Source: Octopus bimaculoides (taxonomy: Eukaryota). Taken from it: a DNA stretch of 34,584 bases. The notes under the pieces are model-generated. The model did no database searches. It saw nothing but the letters and a program-made list of their open reading frames with translations, and was not told the DNA's origin. Of the stretch, positions 10,133 to 20,480 are shown one piece after another; the stretch's first letter is position 1; every line of letters begins with the position of its first letter. The stretch spans positions 45,588,904-45,623,487 of the forward strand of contig NC_068982.1 of assembly GCF_001194135.2 (NCBI RefSeq). The letters are read 5' to 3'. A program made the translations under genes and the position numbers.

Positions 10133-10218
10133 ACCACTCTATGTTAACATTTCTGTGCCAAACTTATCCAGTGACTGGTCCATTGGATTTAGACGTTTGG
10201 CACTTCTTCAGGAGTGGT
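10133..10218 (-). ncRNA. Type I hammerhead ribozyme
   Basis: ACCACUC-CUGAAGA-A-GUGCCAAAC[31 nt]GUUUGGCAC-A-GAA-AUGUUAACAU-A-GAGUGGU. Stem I is 7 bp, stem II is 9 bp, stem III is palindromic, and the AUA cleavage triplet predicts a cut between 10140 and 10139. Confidence 0.82.
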
Positions 10219-11360
10219 TACCGTTCGAACAAAACACGAAAAAACACATACATAACTATTATTAGGTCCTTAGGACGTCGTTATCTTTCGTCTTTGTTAT
10301 TATAGGGGAGATAACTCCTTAATTTTCTATTTTTATTGCTCTCCTGTGGATTTCCACTAGATTAATTAATTATTTTGTTTATTTCTCTTTACTATACTAT
10401 ATTACCCGTATACATATGCATACNNNNNNNNNNNNNNNNNNNNNNNNNNNNNNNNNNNNNNNNNNNNNNNNNNNNNNNNNNNNNNNNNNNNNNNNNNNNN
10501 NNNNNNNNNNNNNNNNNNNNNNNNNNNNNNNNNNNNNNNNNNNNNNNNNNNNNNNNNNNNNNNNNNNNNNNNNNNNNNNNNNNNNNNNNNNNNNNNNNNN
10601 NNNNNNNNNNNNNNNNNNNNNNNNNNNNNNNNNNNNNNNNNNNNNNNNNNNNNNNNNNNNNNNNNNNNNNNNNNNNNNNNNNNNNNNNNNNNNNNNNNNN
10701 NNNNNNNNNNNNNNNNNNNNNNNNNNNNNNNNNNNNNNNNNNNNNNNNNNNNNNNNNNNNNNNNNNNNNNNNNNNNNNNNNNNNNNNNNNNNNNNNNNNN
10801 NNNNNNNNNNNNNNNNNNNNNNNNNNNNNNNNNNNNNNNNNNNNNNNNNNNNNNNNNNNNNNNNNNNNNNNNNNNNNNNNNNNNNNNNNNNNNNNNNNNN
10901 NNNNNNNNNNNNNNNNNNNNNNNNNNNNNNNNNNNNNNNNNNNNNNNNNNNNNNNNNNNNNNNNNNNNNNNNNNNNNNNNNNNNNNNNNNNNNNNNNNNN
11001 NNNNNNNNNNNNNNNNNNNNNNNNNNNNNNNNNNNNNNNNNNNNNNNNNNNNNNNNNNNNNNNNNNNNNNNNNNNNNNNNNNNNNNNNNNNNNNNNNNNN
11101 NNNNNNNNNNNNNNNNNNNNNNNNNNNNNNNNNNNNNNNNNNNNNNNNNNNNNNNNNNNNNNNNNNNNNNNNNNNNNNNNNNNNNNNNNNNNNNNNNNNN
11201 NNNNNNNNNNNNNNNNNNNNNNNNNNNNNNNNNNNNNNNNNNNNNNNNNNNNNNNNNNNNNNNNNNNNNNNNNNNNNNNNNNNNNNNNNNNNNNNNNNNN
11301 NNNNNNNNNNNNNNNNNNNNNNNNNNNNNNNNNNNNNNNNNNNNNNNNNNNNNNNNNNNN

Positions 11361-11611
11361 ATGTATTTGCTAAGACTAGTGCTAGCCATTTTCTTCCTAT
11401 CTCTAAAGCATGAGAAATGGTTAGAAATTCTACGGCATACCTGTCCTGAAGTGCACCCCAAGTATGTCATGGTATCTGTTTGAGTCTTTACTTTGCATTG
11501 ATATATTATATTTTTGACTTTCGCATTAGGTCCTTCAAATTTTATTCTCCTAGGGTTTACCTCTTTTACTGTGATTATGCTCTTACTCCTATTATTAATA
11601 AATGAACCTCC
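11361..11611 (-). pseudogene. GIY-YIG endonuclease fragment of a Penelope-like element (83 open codons up to the gap)
   Basis: GGSFINNRSKSIITVKEVNPRRIKFEGPNAKVKNIIYQCKVKTQTDTMTYLGCTSGQVCRRISNHFSCFRDRKKMASTSLSKY, which shows NIIY...YLG.T...RR..NH and the Penelope-type TxLSKY motif. Confidence 0.8.
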
Positions 11612-11638
11612 ATTATTATTATTATTATTATTATTATA

Positions 11639-11669
<31 letters not shown>

Positions 11670-11685
11670 ATTATATATATATATA

Positions 11686-12144
11686 GCTGAAGGATTAAAA
11701 TTTAAATTAATCAAAGAAAATACTAAGTATGTCTGCCTGATGGAAATAACAGTCAAAACTCTTATTTAAATCGCCATAATTACACTGATTTTCGGGAGTT
11801 ATATTTTTCTCGCGAATTATTTACCCCTGTATAGAGAGTATATTCTTTCACTGATGGTTGTAATTTGAATTCGGTGCAAAACGAGTCAGTTGCAGCATAG
11901 ACTTCAATACGGTCAGTAACACGTGCTGATGACGTTAAGGTAATTTATTTAAATTAATTAATTTATTTATTTTGCCAGTACAGAAACCGTCCTTATACTT
12001 AAATATACGTTAAGAGATTTTATTAACCTAATCTGCTTTCGGTTAATTTCTGTAGTTATCATCAGTGTAACTTTGGCGATTGAAATAAGAGTTTTGACTG
12101 TTATTAGTATGTCCTTTGATTAATTTTAATTTTAATCCTTCAGC
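11686..12144. mobile_element. ~460 bp element with long terminal inverted repeats (arms 11686-11789 and 12061-12144) flanked by TA; MITE or inverted pLTR pair
   Basis: GCTGAAGGATTAAAAT...AATAACAGTCAAAACTCTTATTTAAATCGCCATAATTACACTGAT is matched by its reverse complement with few mismatches and one ~20 bp indel. TA lies at 11684-85 and 12145-46. Confidence 0.7.
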
Positions 12145-12307
12145 TATTTAATGCTTTTCTTGGGCCTGCGATCGCCTATATTATTAATTCTGTTATTATC
12201 ATTTTCTAAAATAGTCATTCTAGATGATAGCAAAATTAATAATATCTTACCATATTAATTTTCGGGAATTATATTTTTTGTCGCGAATTATTTGCCCCTG
12301 TATAGTG

Positions 12308-12339
<32 letters not shown>

Positions 12340-12593
12340 TATATAATGGGACAAGAACAAAAAACATCCAGACAGTTAGGTGATACAAGAAAAGGACAAA
12401 ACATCCAGATAGACGATACAAAAGAAATTATATATATATATATATATATATNNNNNNNNNNTATATATATATATAAGCCGAAATTGCAAGGATAATCTGG
12501 ATCTCGACTGAAGAAAGAACACTCCGAATGACCTGTCCGTGTTTTCTTTGTATCGTCTATCTGGATGTTTTGTGTTCTTGTCCCATTCTGTAT

Positions 12594-12642
<49 letters not shown>

Positions 12643-12896
12643 ATGTATGCGTATGTATATATATTTATATATACATATGCGTATGTATATATATTTGTGT
12701 GTGTATGTAGAGTGAGAGAAAGAGATAGATAGAGGAAGAGAGAGAGAGAAGCAAAATGCAGAGAGACTGCTTGATGACAGAACCGTCAGGGTGCCAGGAA
12801 AAATAATGCTCAGCATATATTTCGGTTCTCCCTTCCAATCCCAGAGTTGATAAAAAGTGTATCAGAACCAATTATGCATTGATAGTAATTTAATGG

Positions 12897-12998
12897 AAGG
12901 TGGCGAGCTGGCAGAATCGTTACTGCCCGGGACAAAATGCTTAGTGGCATTTGGTCCGTCTTAACGTTTTAAGTTCAAATCCCGCTGAAGTCGACATT
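12897..12998 (+). mobile_element. SINE family A, 5' half only
   Basis: aaggtggcgagctggcagaatcgttac...aagttcaaatcccgctgaagtcgac, after which similarity ends. Confidence 0.85.
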
Positions 12999-13223
12999 GG
13001 TATACCAGCCACTGTTCTTCTTAGAAGAATCAAGTGACGCGTGGAGATTGAAGACCTGTTGAATAAGCAATTAATGGTCTCCCGTACGACCTTGCTCATA
13101 TCAATGTTCTGAAGAAATCACTTCACATTCATCTTATTGCATCCTATAAACACGTAGGTAAGCAATAACTTCCAAGTGCAGACCCACGTTTTCATGGAGC
13201 AAAGAGGTACCCAAGAGAATGAA

Positions 13224-13258
<35 letters not shown>

Positions 13259-13268
13259 TACGCATGTA

Positions 13269-13300
<32 letters not shown>

Positions 13301-15313
13301 TGTGTGTGTGTAAGTGCAGAGATTACATGTAGTAATTCGATCGTAAGAAATCCGACGCATGATGCAAGTTATAAATCTGTTTAGTTGTACTCGAAAGTCT
13401 AATACTCAAAGAATCTAAACTTCCCTTCACCATCGTATAGATGTCACGCTAGCTTTACAATACATACATACATACATACATACATACACACAGACACACA
13501 TGAATACGTACGTACATATATATATATGTACATACATTTACATATTTATACATACATATGTGTGTGTGTGTATGTATTTCTACGGATTATTTCTGTGGCA
13601 TATGTTACACTTGTTATTAGGCTAGTGGTTGTCTGACATTATTGTGTCTATATGGGTATGAATCTGTGTCCCTGCGTATGTGTGTGAGTGTGTGTATGTG
13701 TGTGTGTGTGTGTGTGTGTGCGTGCGTGCGTGCGAGTGTGATATCAATTTGACTTAGGCTAAGAATGCTGTTTATTTCACTTGACGAGGATTGGTAAGAC
13801 GTTTGTCGAGGGGATTGTTAAGGAGATGAGAAATCGATGGCAGCGGATTTAAAATAAAATCTCTCCCCGTTTCTACAGAAGAAAGAAAGATAAAATCACC
13901 GAAAGTAAGAAAGTTATGTAAAGAATATGAAATAAGCTATTTTAAAGCCAGTTGTTTGAAGGATTAATGTAAATATGAAGTAGTATTACAGAGTTGAAAA
14001 ACATATATTGATTTTTTTTATATATAGTCACGAAGGACTCTGGTTTGTATAGCTGGGAAATAAGTTTGCGTGTATTACAGTTTATGTGTTTCTTAACTGA
14101 ATTAGTTCATCTAAGATAAATTGTTGCGATAGAGAATTGAAATCGTGTCACTTTCCAGCCTTTAGCAACAGTTGCATTTGTTTTCCGTTGTCGAAGCTTA
14201 AAGGTCATATATTATTGATAGAAGCGAAATGGAAATATGTCCTCCATGTGTTTACGACTTACTGCGAGTCTCGTATTTGATATATGGCTTCTGTTAATAA
14301 AAGATCTTGTGTCGTCAACCTATACTGCAGCAAGCTTACATCTAACCAATTGAGTTTTAAAGAAATACATATGGTGGCCTCTGGTTATAGCCGTTAATAC
14401 AAGGGTGATAACTATATCAGCACAACGTGAGGCGGAATTTGGAATTTGAACTTGAAATTAAGGAATGCGAGAGAAGTTGCATAGAAATCATATACTTAAC
14501 GTTTATTAGATATAATTTTCGCTTATGAAGTTACAAGAACTCAGATTGATAAGGTTTGTGGTATGACATTGTATGACTTGAAGAAGGTAGTTACAACCAA
14601 GGATCGCTAAGCACTTGGCTTCTAAAATAAATTTAACATAAAGAAATGCCTGTGGAATGGAGTATGATTAGCATCTTTGATATTTTCAGATCCTCACAAA
14701 GATATGAAACATTGAAGTTTATGTCCAGCTATAAGGCCTGTGGGTTGATGACTTTAAGAAAATAGAGCTAATTAAATATTCACTTTGATGATTCAAGCAG
14801 TGTTTAGCATAAAATGAACATTGCTTAGTTAATGATAAGCCATCAAAAGTACAAATGTGAAAATTAAGCTCATCACTACAGTGTCTAATTTATGACTACT
14901 TTATACTGCACTTGGATATTCTATGCCATTGATTAAGAAGGAAACAAGAAGCGTTTTCTCTGAGGAGCAATCTATGAACTGTGAAACGGTCCGTTAGAGG
15001 ACTTCCGCCATTTTTTTTTCTGCACATCAAAAACTTCGAATGGATTTGCTCACGTCTTTGCCTTTGATCTCACATACTTAAAATAAATTCAATCCTTTTG
15101 ATTTGTGTAGCTTTCCTGACGAGGAAGGAAAAGCTGGTTTTATATGCAGTGAAAATCTTAGTCTACTGGTGAAACTTGGGGTAGATTATGAACTAAAGTA
15201 TAAATAAATGCATGAATAAATCAATTCATTAAGCATGTAAGATAAAGAGATTCTATGGTGTTGCCTTACTGAGGAATTAACGAGCGAATATTTCAGCGCA
15301 TGGTCTGAGAATG

Positions 15314-15382
<69 letters not shown>

Positions 15383-15980
15383 TGTGTGTTATTAATGAGG
15401 AGATAGAAAGGTGGAGTGGGGTGGCGAGAATTGCGTACGAAACGTACTGGTTCAGTGGAGCAGAAGAATTTTAATTGTAGTATAAAAAGCAACGAGAAGA
15501 CACAGAGCGTCAGTAGCAAGCAAATCTTTATACCGCGTCCATGCCAGTGAGCTGAACGACAGTATTAGATAACACTGTTGTTTCGCCCAAGTCTTGATCA
15601 AGTAGACCAATGACCAATGACCAAATTCCAACAGGCTATCCTGCATGTATAAAATAACTTAGGACTACATTATCTAGTATATCATTCTTATTAATTTTTT
15701 TTTGAAGATAGCATAGGAAAAGGATCTTGCTGTATTTCTAGTAGGGTCATCTTCAAAGACCACCTTAATCAGAGGTACTGTGTTTCACATTCGTGATTTG
15801 TATAGGGGTCAGTAACTTTAGGGAAGTGAGTAAACTCGGTCCTTTAGACAATTGATTAAAATTATTCTACGAATTTAAGGAATAATTATAAGAATTTAAA
15901 GAACATGAATGCGGTTATTTTTATATAAAGTTTTTGGAATAAGTGATCCTTATCTTAAAATATATGTCAGATAATATATT

Positions 15981-16078
15981 GGTTTCAAATTTTGGCGGAA
16001 TTTGAACTCAGAACGTAAGAACCGACGAAATGCTGGTAAGCATTTTGGCGGGCATGGTAACGATTCTGCCAGCTCTCC
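15981..16078 (-). mobile_element. SINE family A, internally deleted (head fused directly to the 3' terminus)
   Basis: Minus strand: gagagctggcagaatcgttacc...gagttcaaattccgcc|aaaatttgaaacc. Confidence 0.85.
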
Positions 16079-17561
16079 AACTAATATATGTTAGATGATA
16101 TATTAAAATATTTTTTATAGCGAAGATGGTTTATACGCAGTGAAAATCTTAGTTTATTGATGAAACTTATGAAGTAAAGTTTGAATAGGTAATGTGTCAA
16201 TTTTATTGTAATGCAAATGATTGGTGGTAATGTTGGTCCGGTGATATATTCGTCTCCTAAGGCAAGTGTTAAAATGTTGAACTTTCGTTTGCCGATATTA
16301 GATGCAAAAGCACAATAACCAGATGTATCGAATACTTTTCAGAGCATTAACTTCTTTGAGACAACCTGAGACTATATACCACTCAAATTGTTTGAAGCGA
16401 TTCATGTTTTCAGAAGGTCTACTGTATGCTGGTGTTCCTAAGCATACTTTCCTGTGCAACGTGGATTAAGTACCACCCCAATACCACTCACGTTCAGCAC
16501 TATAAACCTCACGATAAAGTTCTGTTTCAATTCGATTTTAATACTCCCAGGCGTTACGAGCACGTGATAAAGCAAATCTACATGGGGGTTTCATTTAATT
16601 GAATTTATAATAAGAATTGACTATCTTAGGTCCTATTTAGGTCCTATTTCAACGCTGTTTTTTCTTAAGTAATAGTCTTCATCCTGAATACGATTCCGTC
16701 AAAATGTATGAATATTATCTTTCATACTCTAAAACAAATAGAATAGTATTACTCTAAGACATATCAAAAACCTCTCTTCAAAATTAGAAGCAATTTGTGC
16801 AGCTATATTAAACAAGACGTTACTCAATTTCAGTTGATGTATAGACTTAACATTTACTTTTATTGTACCTACCAATAACTTTTAAGAAGACAAACCATTT
16901 CCAATAAAGAAAACAATGCATTATTTTTATCTAATAGTAGATTTTCATTGAAACAATTTTGCTTTCTAAATCATAACTGAACGAATATTTTCTCGACGAT
17001 ACACCTAATAAACCTATATTTTGTGTTATACAATGTCGTCTGCCAGACAAACAAGCTTTTAAGTGATTTGTATTGATTTGTCGTTGATATTGCAGCGTTT
17101 CCTTCTTAGCCGATAAGACAGTGAAAGAATCGATATGACATAGTTTTGAGTCGAACTTTTGGCGACATAGAATTCTGACATACGCACAAAAGAGATGGGA
17201 AAAATACTAGGATTGGCATACAAAAATATAATTATGAAATGATTGAAAATGGCAGAAGCAATAAAAATGGTTGGTGGGGTCTAATGTTTCTTGAAATCAA
17301 AGTCTCAGCAACATGTCAACTTTGTTGAAGTTTCAATAACCTAACATATGTTTTAAAAATTTCCTTTCTCGTAGACAGACAGATCAATTTCAGTTTTAAT
17401 GTGGTGTTTACTCGAAGGTATTTTACTTTGTTTCTTGCTTTTAGGGTGCTTGCTTCCAAACGAAATAGGATCACCAGATATTTTCTGAGGATATTCCTCT
17501 CTAAAGTTTATTTCCTTCCCTACAACATAGAGATTAGTAAATAGCATAACATGTTGAGCGT

Positions 17562-17775
17562 CAGCCGATGAGCTGACAGAATCGTTGGCGTGTCGGTCAA
17601 AACGTATAGCGGCATTGCGCTCGTCCTTACGTTCTGAGTTCAAATTCTGCCGAGGTTAACTCTACCTTTCATCCTTTCGCGGTTGCTAAAATAAGTACCA
17701 GTTGATCACTGAGGTCGATGTAATCGACTTACCCTCCCCTTCAAAATTGCTAGCCTTGCGCTAAAATTTGAAATC
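17562..17775 (+). mobile_element. SINE family A, diverged full-length copy
   Basis: gatgagctgacagaatcgttggc...gagttcaaattctgccgagg...catcctttcgcggttgctaaaataagtaccag...aaaatttgaaatc. Confidence 0.9.
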
Positions 17776-18182
17776 GATATTTAGTTATATTCGTTTACGC
17801 AATAGGTTTTATGCTTCATATCTTCAAGTATAATAAAAGATGTACTCATCGTCTATTACAGTGCTCCACAGTAACAAGATCCCAGTGGTTGAAATCAATA
17901 AACATGAATTTATTTGGAATTTAAAGTCATAACTAATAACGAGTATCTGCAAATCGTCTCACCAATTAAACAAGTTGTCTTTCAGAAAAAAAGGTTAATT
18001 ACATATAGTTCTGTGAATGTTATCAATTGGTAATTCAATATTTCGTCCTCCTACTCTTCAAGAACTGCCTCCTTTCAACTTCCAAAAATTTATTCACCTA
18101 AGACCTTCCGTTAATCTTTCTTGCTCACTTTCTTTTATATTTCTTTCATAGTCATTTCTTTTCCATTATTTTTCTCTGGTAG

Positions 18183-18396
18183 AAGGCGGTCAGCTGGCAG
18201 AATCGTTAGCACGCCGGGCGAAATGCTTAGCGGTATTTCGCCTGTCATTACGTTCTGAGTTCAAATTCCGCCGAGGTCGACTTTGCCTTTCATCCTTTCG
18301 ATGTCGATAAATTTAGTACCAGTTGCGCATTGGGGTCGATCTAATCGACTGGCCCCCTCCCCCAAAATTTCGGGCCTTGTGCCTAGAATAGAAAAG
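18183..18396 (+). mobile_element. SINE family A, full length (first of a tandem pair)
   Basis: A-box-like head, B-box GAGTTCAAATTCC, central domain and tail tagaaaag. Confidence 0.93.
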
Positions 18397-18412
18397 ATAA
18401 TTTTTCTCTACT

Positions 18413-18626
18413 AAGGCGGTGAGCCGGCAGAATCGTTAGCACGCCGGGTGAGATGCTTAGCGGTATTTCGTCTGTCTTTATATTCTGAGTTCAAATTCCG
18501 CCGAGGTCGACTTTGCTTTTCATCCTTTCGGGGTCGATAAATTAAGTACCAGTTGAGTACTGGTGTCGATGTAATCGACTTACCCTTCCCCCAAAATTTC
18601 GGGCCTTGTACCTATAGTAGAAAAAA
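18413..18626 (+). mobile_element. SINE family A, full length (second of the tandem pair)
   Basis: Same structure as the first copy, with multiple substitutions relative to it. Confidence 0.93.
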
Positions 18627-18768
18627 TTATTTNNNNNNNNNNNNNNNNNNNNNNNNNNNNNNNNNNNNNNNNNNNNNNNNNNNNNNNNNNNNNNNNNNNN
18701 NNNNNNNNNNNNNNNNNNNNNNNNNNNNNNNNNNNNNNNNNNNNNNNNNNNNNNNNNNNNNNNNNNNN

Positions 18769-18949
18769 GATGCTTAGCGGTATTTCGTCTGTCTTTATAT
18801 TCTGAGTTCAAATTCCGCCGAGGTCGACTTTGCTTTTCATCCTTTCGGGGTCGATAAATTAAGTACCAGTTGAGTACTGGTGTCGATGTAATCGACTTAC
18901 CCTTCCCCCAAAATTTCGGGCCTTGTACCTATAGTAGAAAAAATTATTT
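18769..18949 (+). other. Exact duplicate of 18452-18632 across a gap: probable assembly overlap, or a third SINE copy
   Basis: 181 bp identical on both sides of the N-run at 18633-18768. Confidence 0.75.
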
Positions 18950-19175
18950 TTCTCTACCATTGCTTATCTCTAACATTCTCTAATTCTAATAACGACCACT
19001 TCTCACTTTCTTTTTTCGTTGCCGCCTCTTTTGATCTGGTGTTATATATACGTTCATCGAGATTTTAGCGTAAGTGGGAAGCATGTTCAGAAAACGGATG
19101 TTCTTTGAGTTAAACAATGTATGTAGGGTGTGTGTGTATGTACGTATGTACACAAAGGTATGTGTGTGTGTGTTT

Positions 19176-19241
<66 letters not shown>

Positions 19242-19609
19242 GTATATATATATACGTAGTCGATGGACGCCTAGTCCGTGACTCTCGCTAACTCATGTAC
19301 ACACACATAGAAACATGATTAGTGTTTAAATAGGAGAATGAACTTGATAAGTAGTTGCCGGGAGGTAGGTGGGCGGTAAATCAGGAGTTGGTTTACATAG
19401 GCATATGTGTGTGTGTGTGTGTGTGTGAATGTGTGTGTGTGTTACTTAATGGATATACACTGTTGACTTGGCGAGTTGCTGCGGTATTGGTTCAAACTAA
19501 AAGCTATGAAAGACGCACCATATTTAAAAGCATTTTCAATATATCGGAGGGAGAATATAAATATTCCAGGTAGTGGCTATCAAGAACGCCAGATGTAGTT
19601 CGGCCTTCT

Positions 19610-19681
19610 TTGTTACAGAGACGTAAACACATCAACACCGGTTATCAAGCGGTGATAGTAGAGGTAGCTATACAGACAAAC
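19610..19681 (-). mobile_element. SINE family C, 3'-half fragment
   Basis: gacgtaaacacatcaacaccggttatcaagcgg is the reverse complement of the ttgacaaccgatgctg...tttacgtccccgtaac segment of 31554-31990. Confidence 0.65.
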
Positions 19682-20195
19682 NNNNNNNNNNNNNNNNNNN
19701 NNNNNNNNNNNNNNNNNNNNNNNNNNNNNNNNNNNNNNNNNNNNNNNNNNNNNNNNNNNNNNNNNNNNNNNNNNNNNNNNNNNNNNNNNNNNNNNNNNNN
19801 NNNNNNNNNNNNNNNNNNNNNNNNNNNNNNNNNNNNNNNNNNNNNNNNNNNNNNNNNNNNNNNNNNNNNNNNNNNNNNNNNNNNNNNNNNNNNNNNNNNN
19901 NNNNNNNNNNNNNNNNNNNNNNNNNNNNNNNNNNNNNNNNNNNNNNNNNNNNNNNNNNNNNNNNNNNNNNNNNNNNNNNNNNNNNNNNNNNNNNNNNNNN
20001 NNNNNNNNNNNNNNNNNNNNNNNNNNNNNNNNNNNNNNNNNNNNNNNNNNNNNNNNNNNNNNNNNNNNNNNNNNNNNNNNNNNNNNNNNNNNNNNNNNNN
20101 NNNNNNNNNNNNNNNNNNNNNNNNNNNNNNNNNNNNNNNNNNNNNNNNNNNNNNNNNNNNNNNNNNNNNNNNNNNNNNNNNNNNNNNNNNNNNNN

Positions 20196-20214
<19 letters not shown>

Positions 20215-20227
<13 letters not shown>

Positions 20228-20480
20228 AAATAAATAATATATAAATATATGCATATATACATACATATATGTACATACCAACATATATATGTATATATAC
20301 ATGCATATATGGGTGCAGGGCATAAAAAAAAAACGTTAAACACAATGAGAAACGAAAACATAAAAACGAAAACATAGAAAACAAACTTTTTTTCGAACAC
20401 CCAAAAAAACAAACAGAGAAACGATACATGCAACATAAAGAATATTCCCCATCATCAGTTGTCCTGTTTCATCTACTCCG
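20215..20480 (-). repeat. Interspersed repeat family D (microsatellite-anchored), related to 31285-31452
   Basis: Minus strand gagtagatgaaacaggacaactgatgatggggaatattctttatgttgc...ccctgcacccatatatgcat resembles plus-strand gagtagataggcagccgacaactgctgaagggtcgttctttacgttac...cctgtacccataaatgcat at 31285-31452. Confidence 0.6.

Larger units (their letters stand above)
10090..11640 (-). mobile_element. Penelope-like element, 3' portion (GIY-YIG region, ORF tail and hammerhead-bearing pLTR), interrupted by a 937-N gap
   Basis: GIY-YIG fragment at 11611->11361, a degenerate ORF tail (VCICIR...LINLVEIHRRAIKI) at 10423->10310, then a hammerhead at 10218->10133. This order is typical of Penelope-like elements. 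Confidence 0.75.

Noticed and set aside
11926-11990. Plus-strand hammerhead CTGATGA...GAAACCGTC
   Set aside because: There is no stem II or stem I pairing, so at most it is a relic.
18769-18949. A genuine third tandem SINE copy
   Set aside because: It is 100% identical to the sequence just before the gap, whereas true neighbouring copies differ, so an unmerged contig overlap is more likely. It is not fully excluded.
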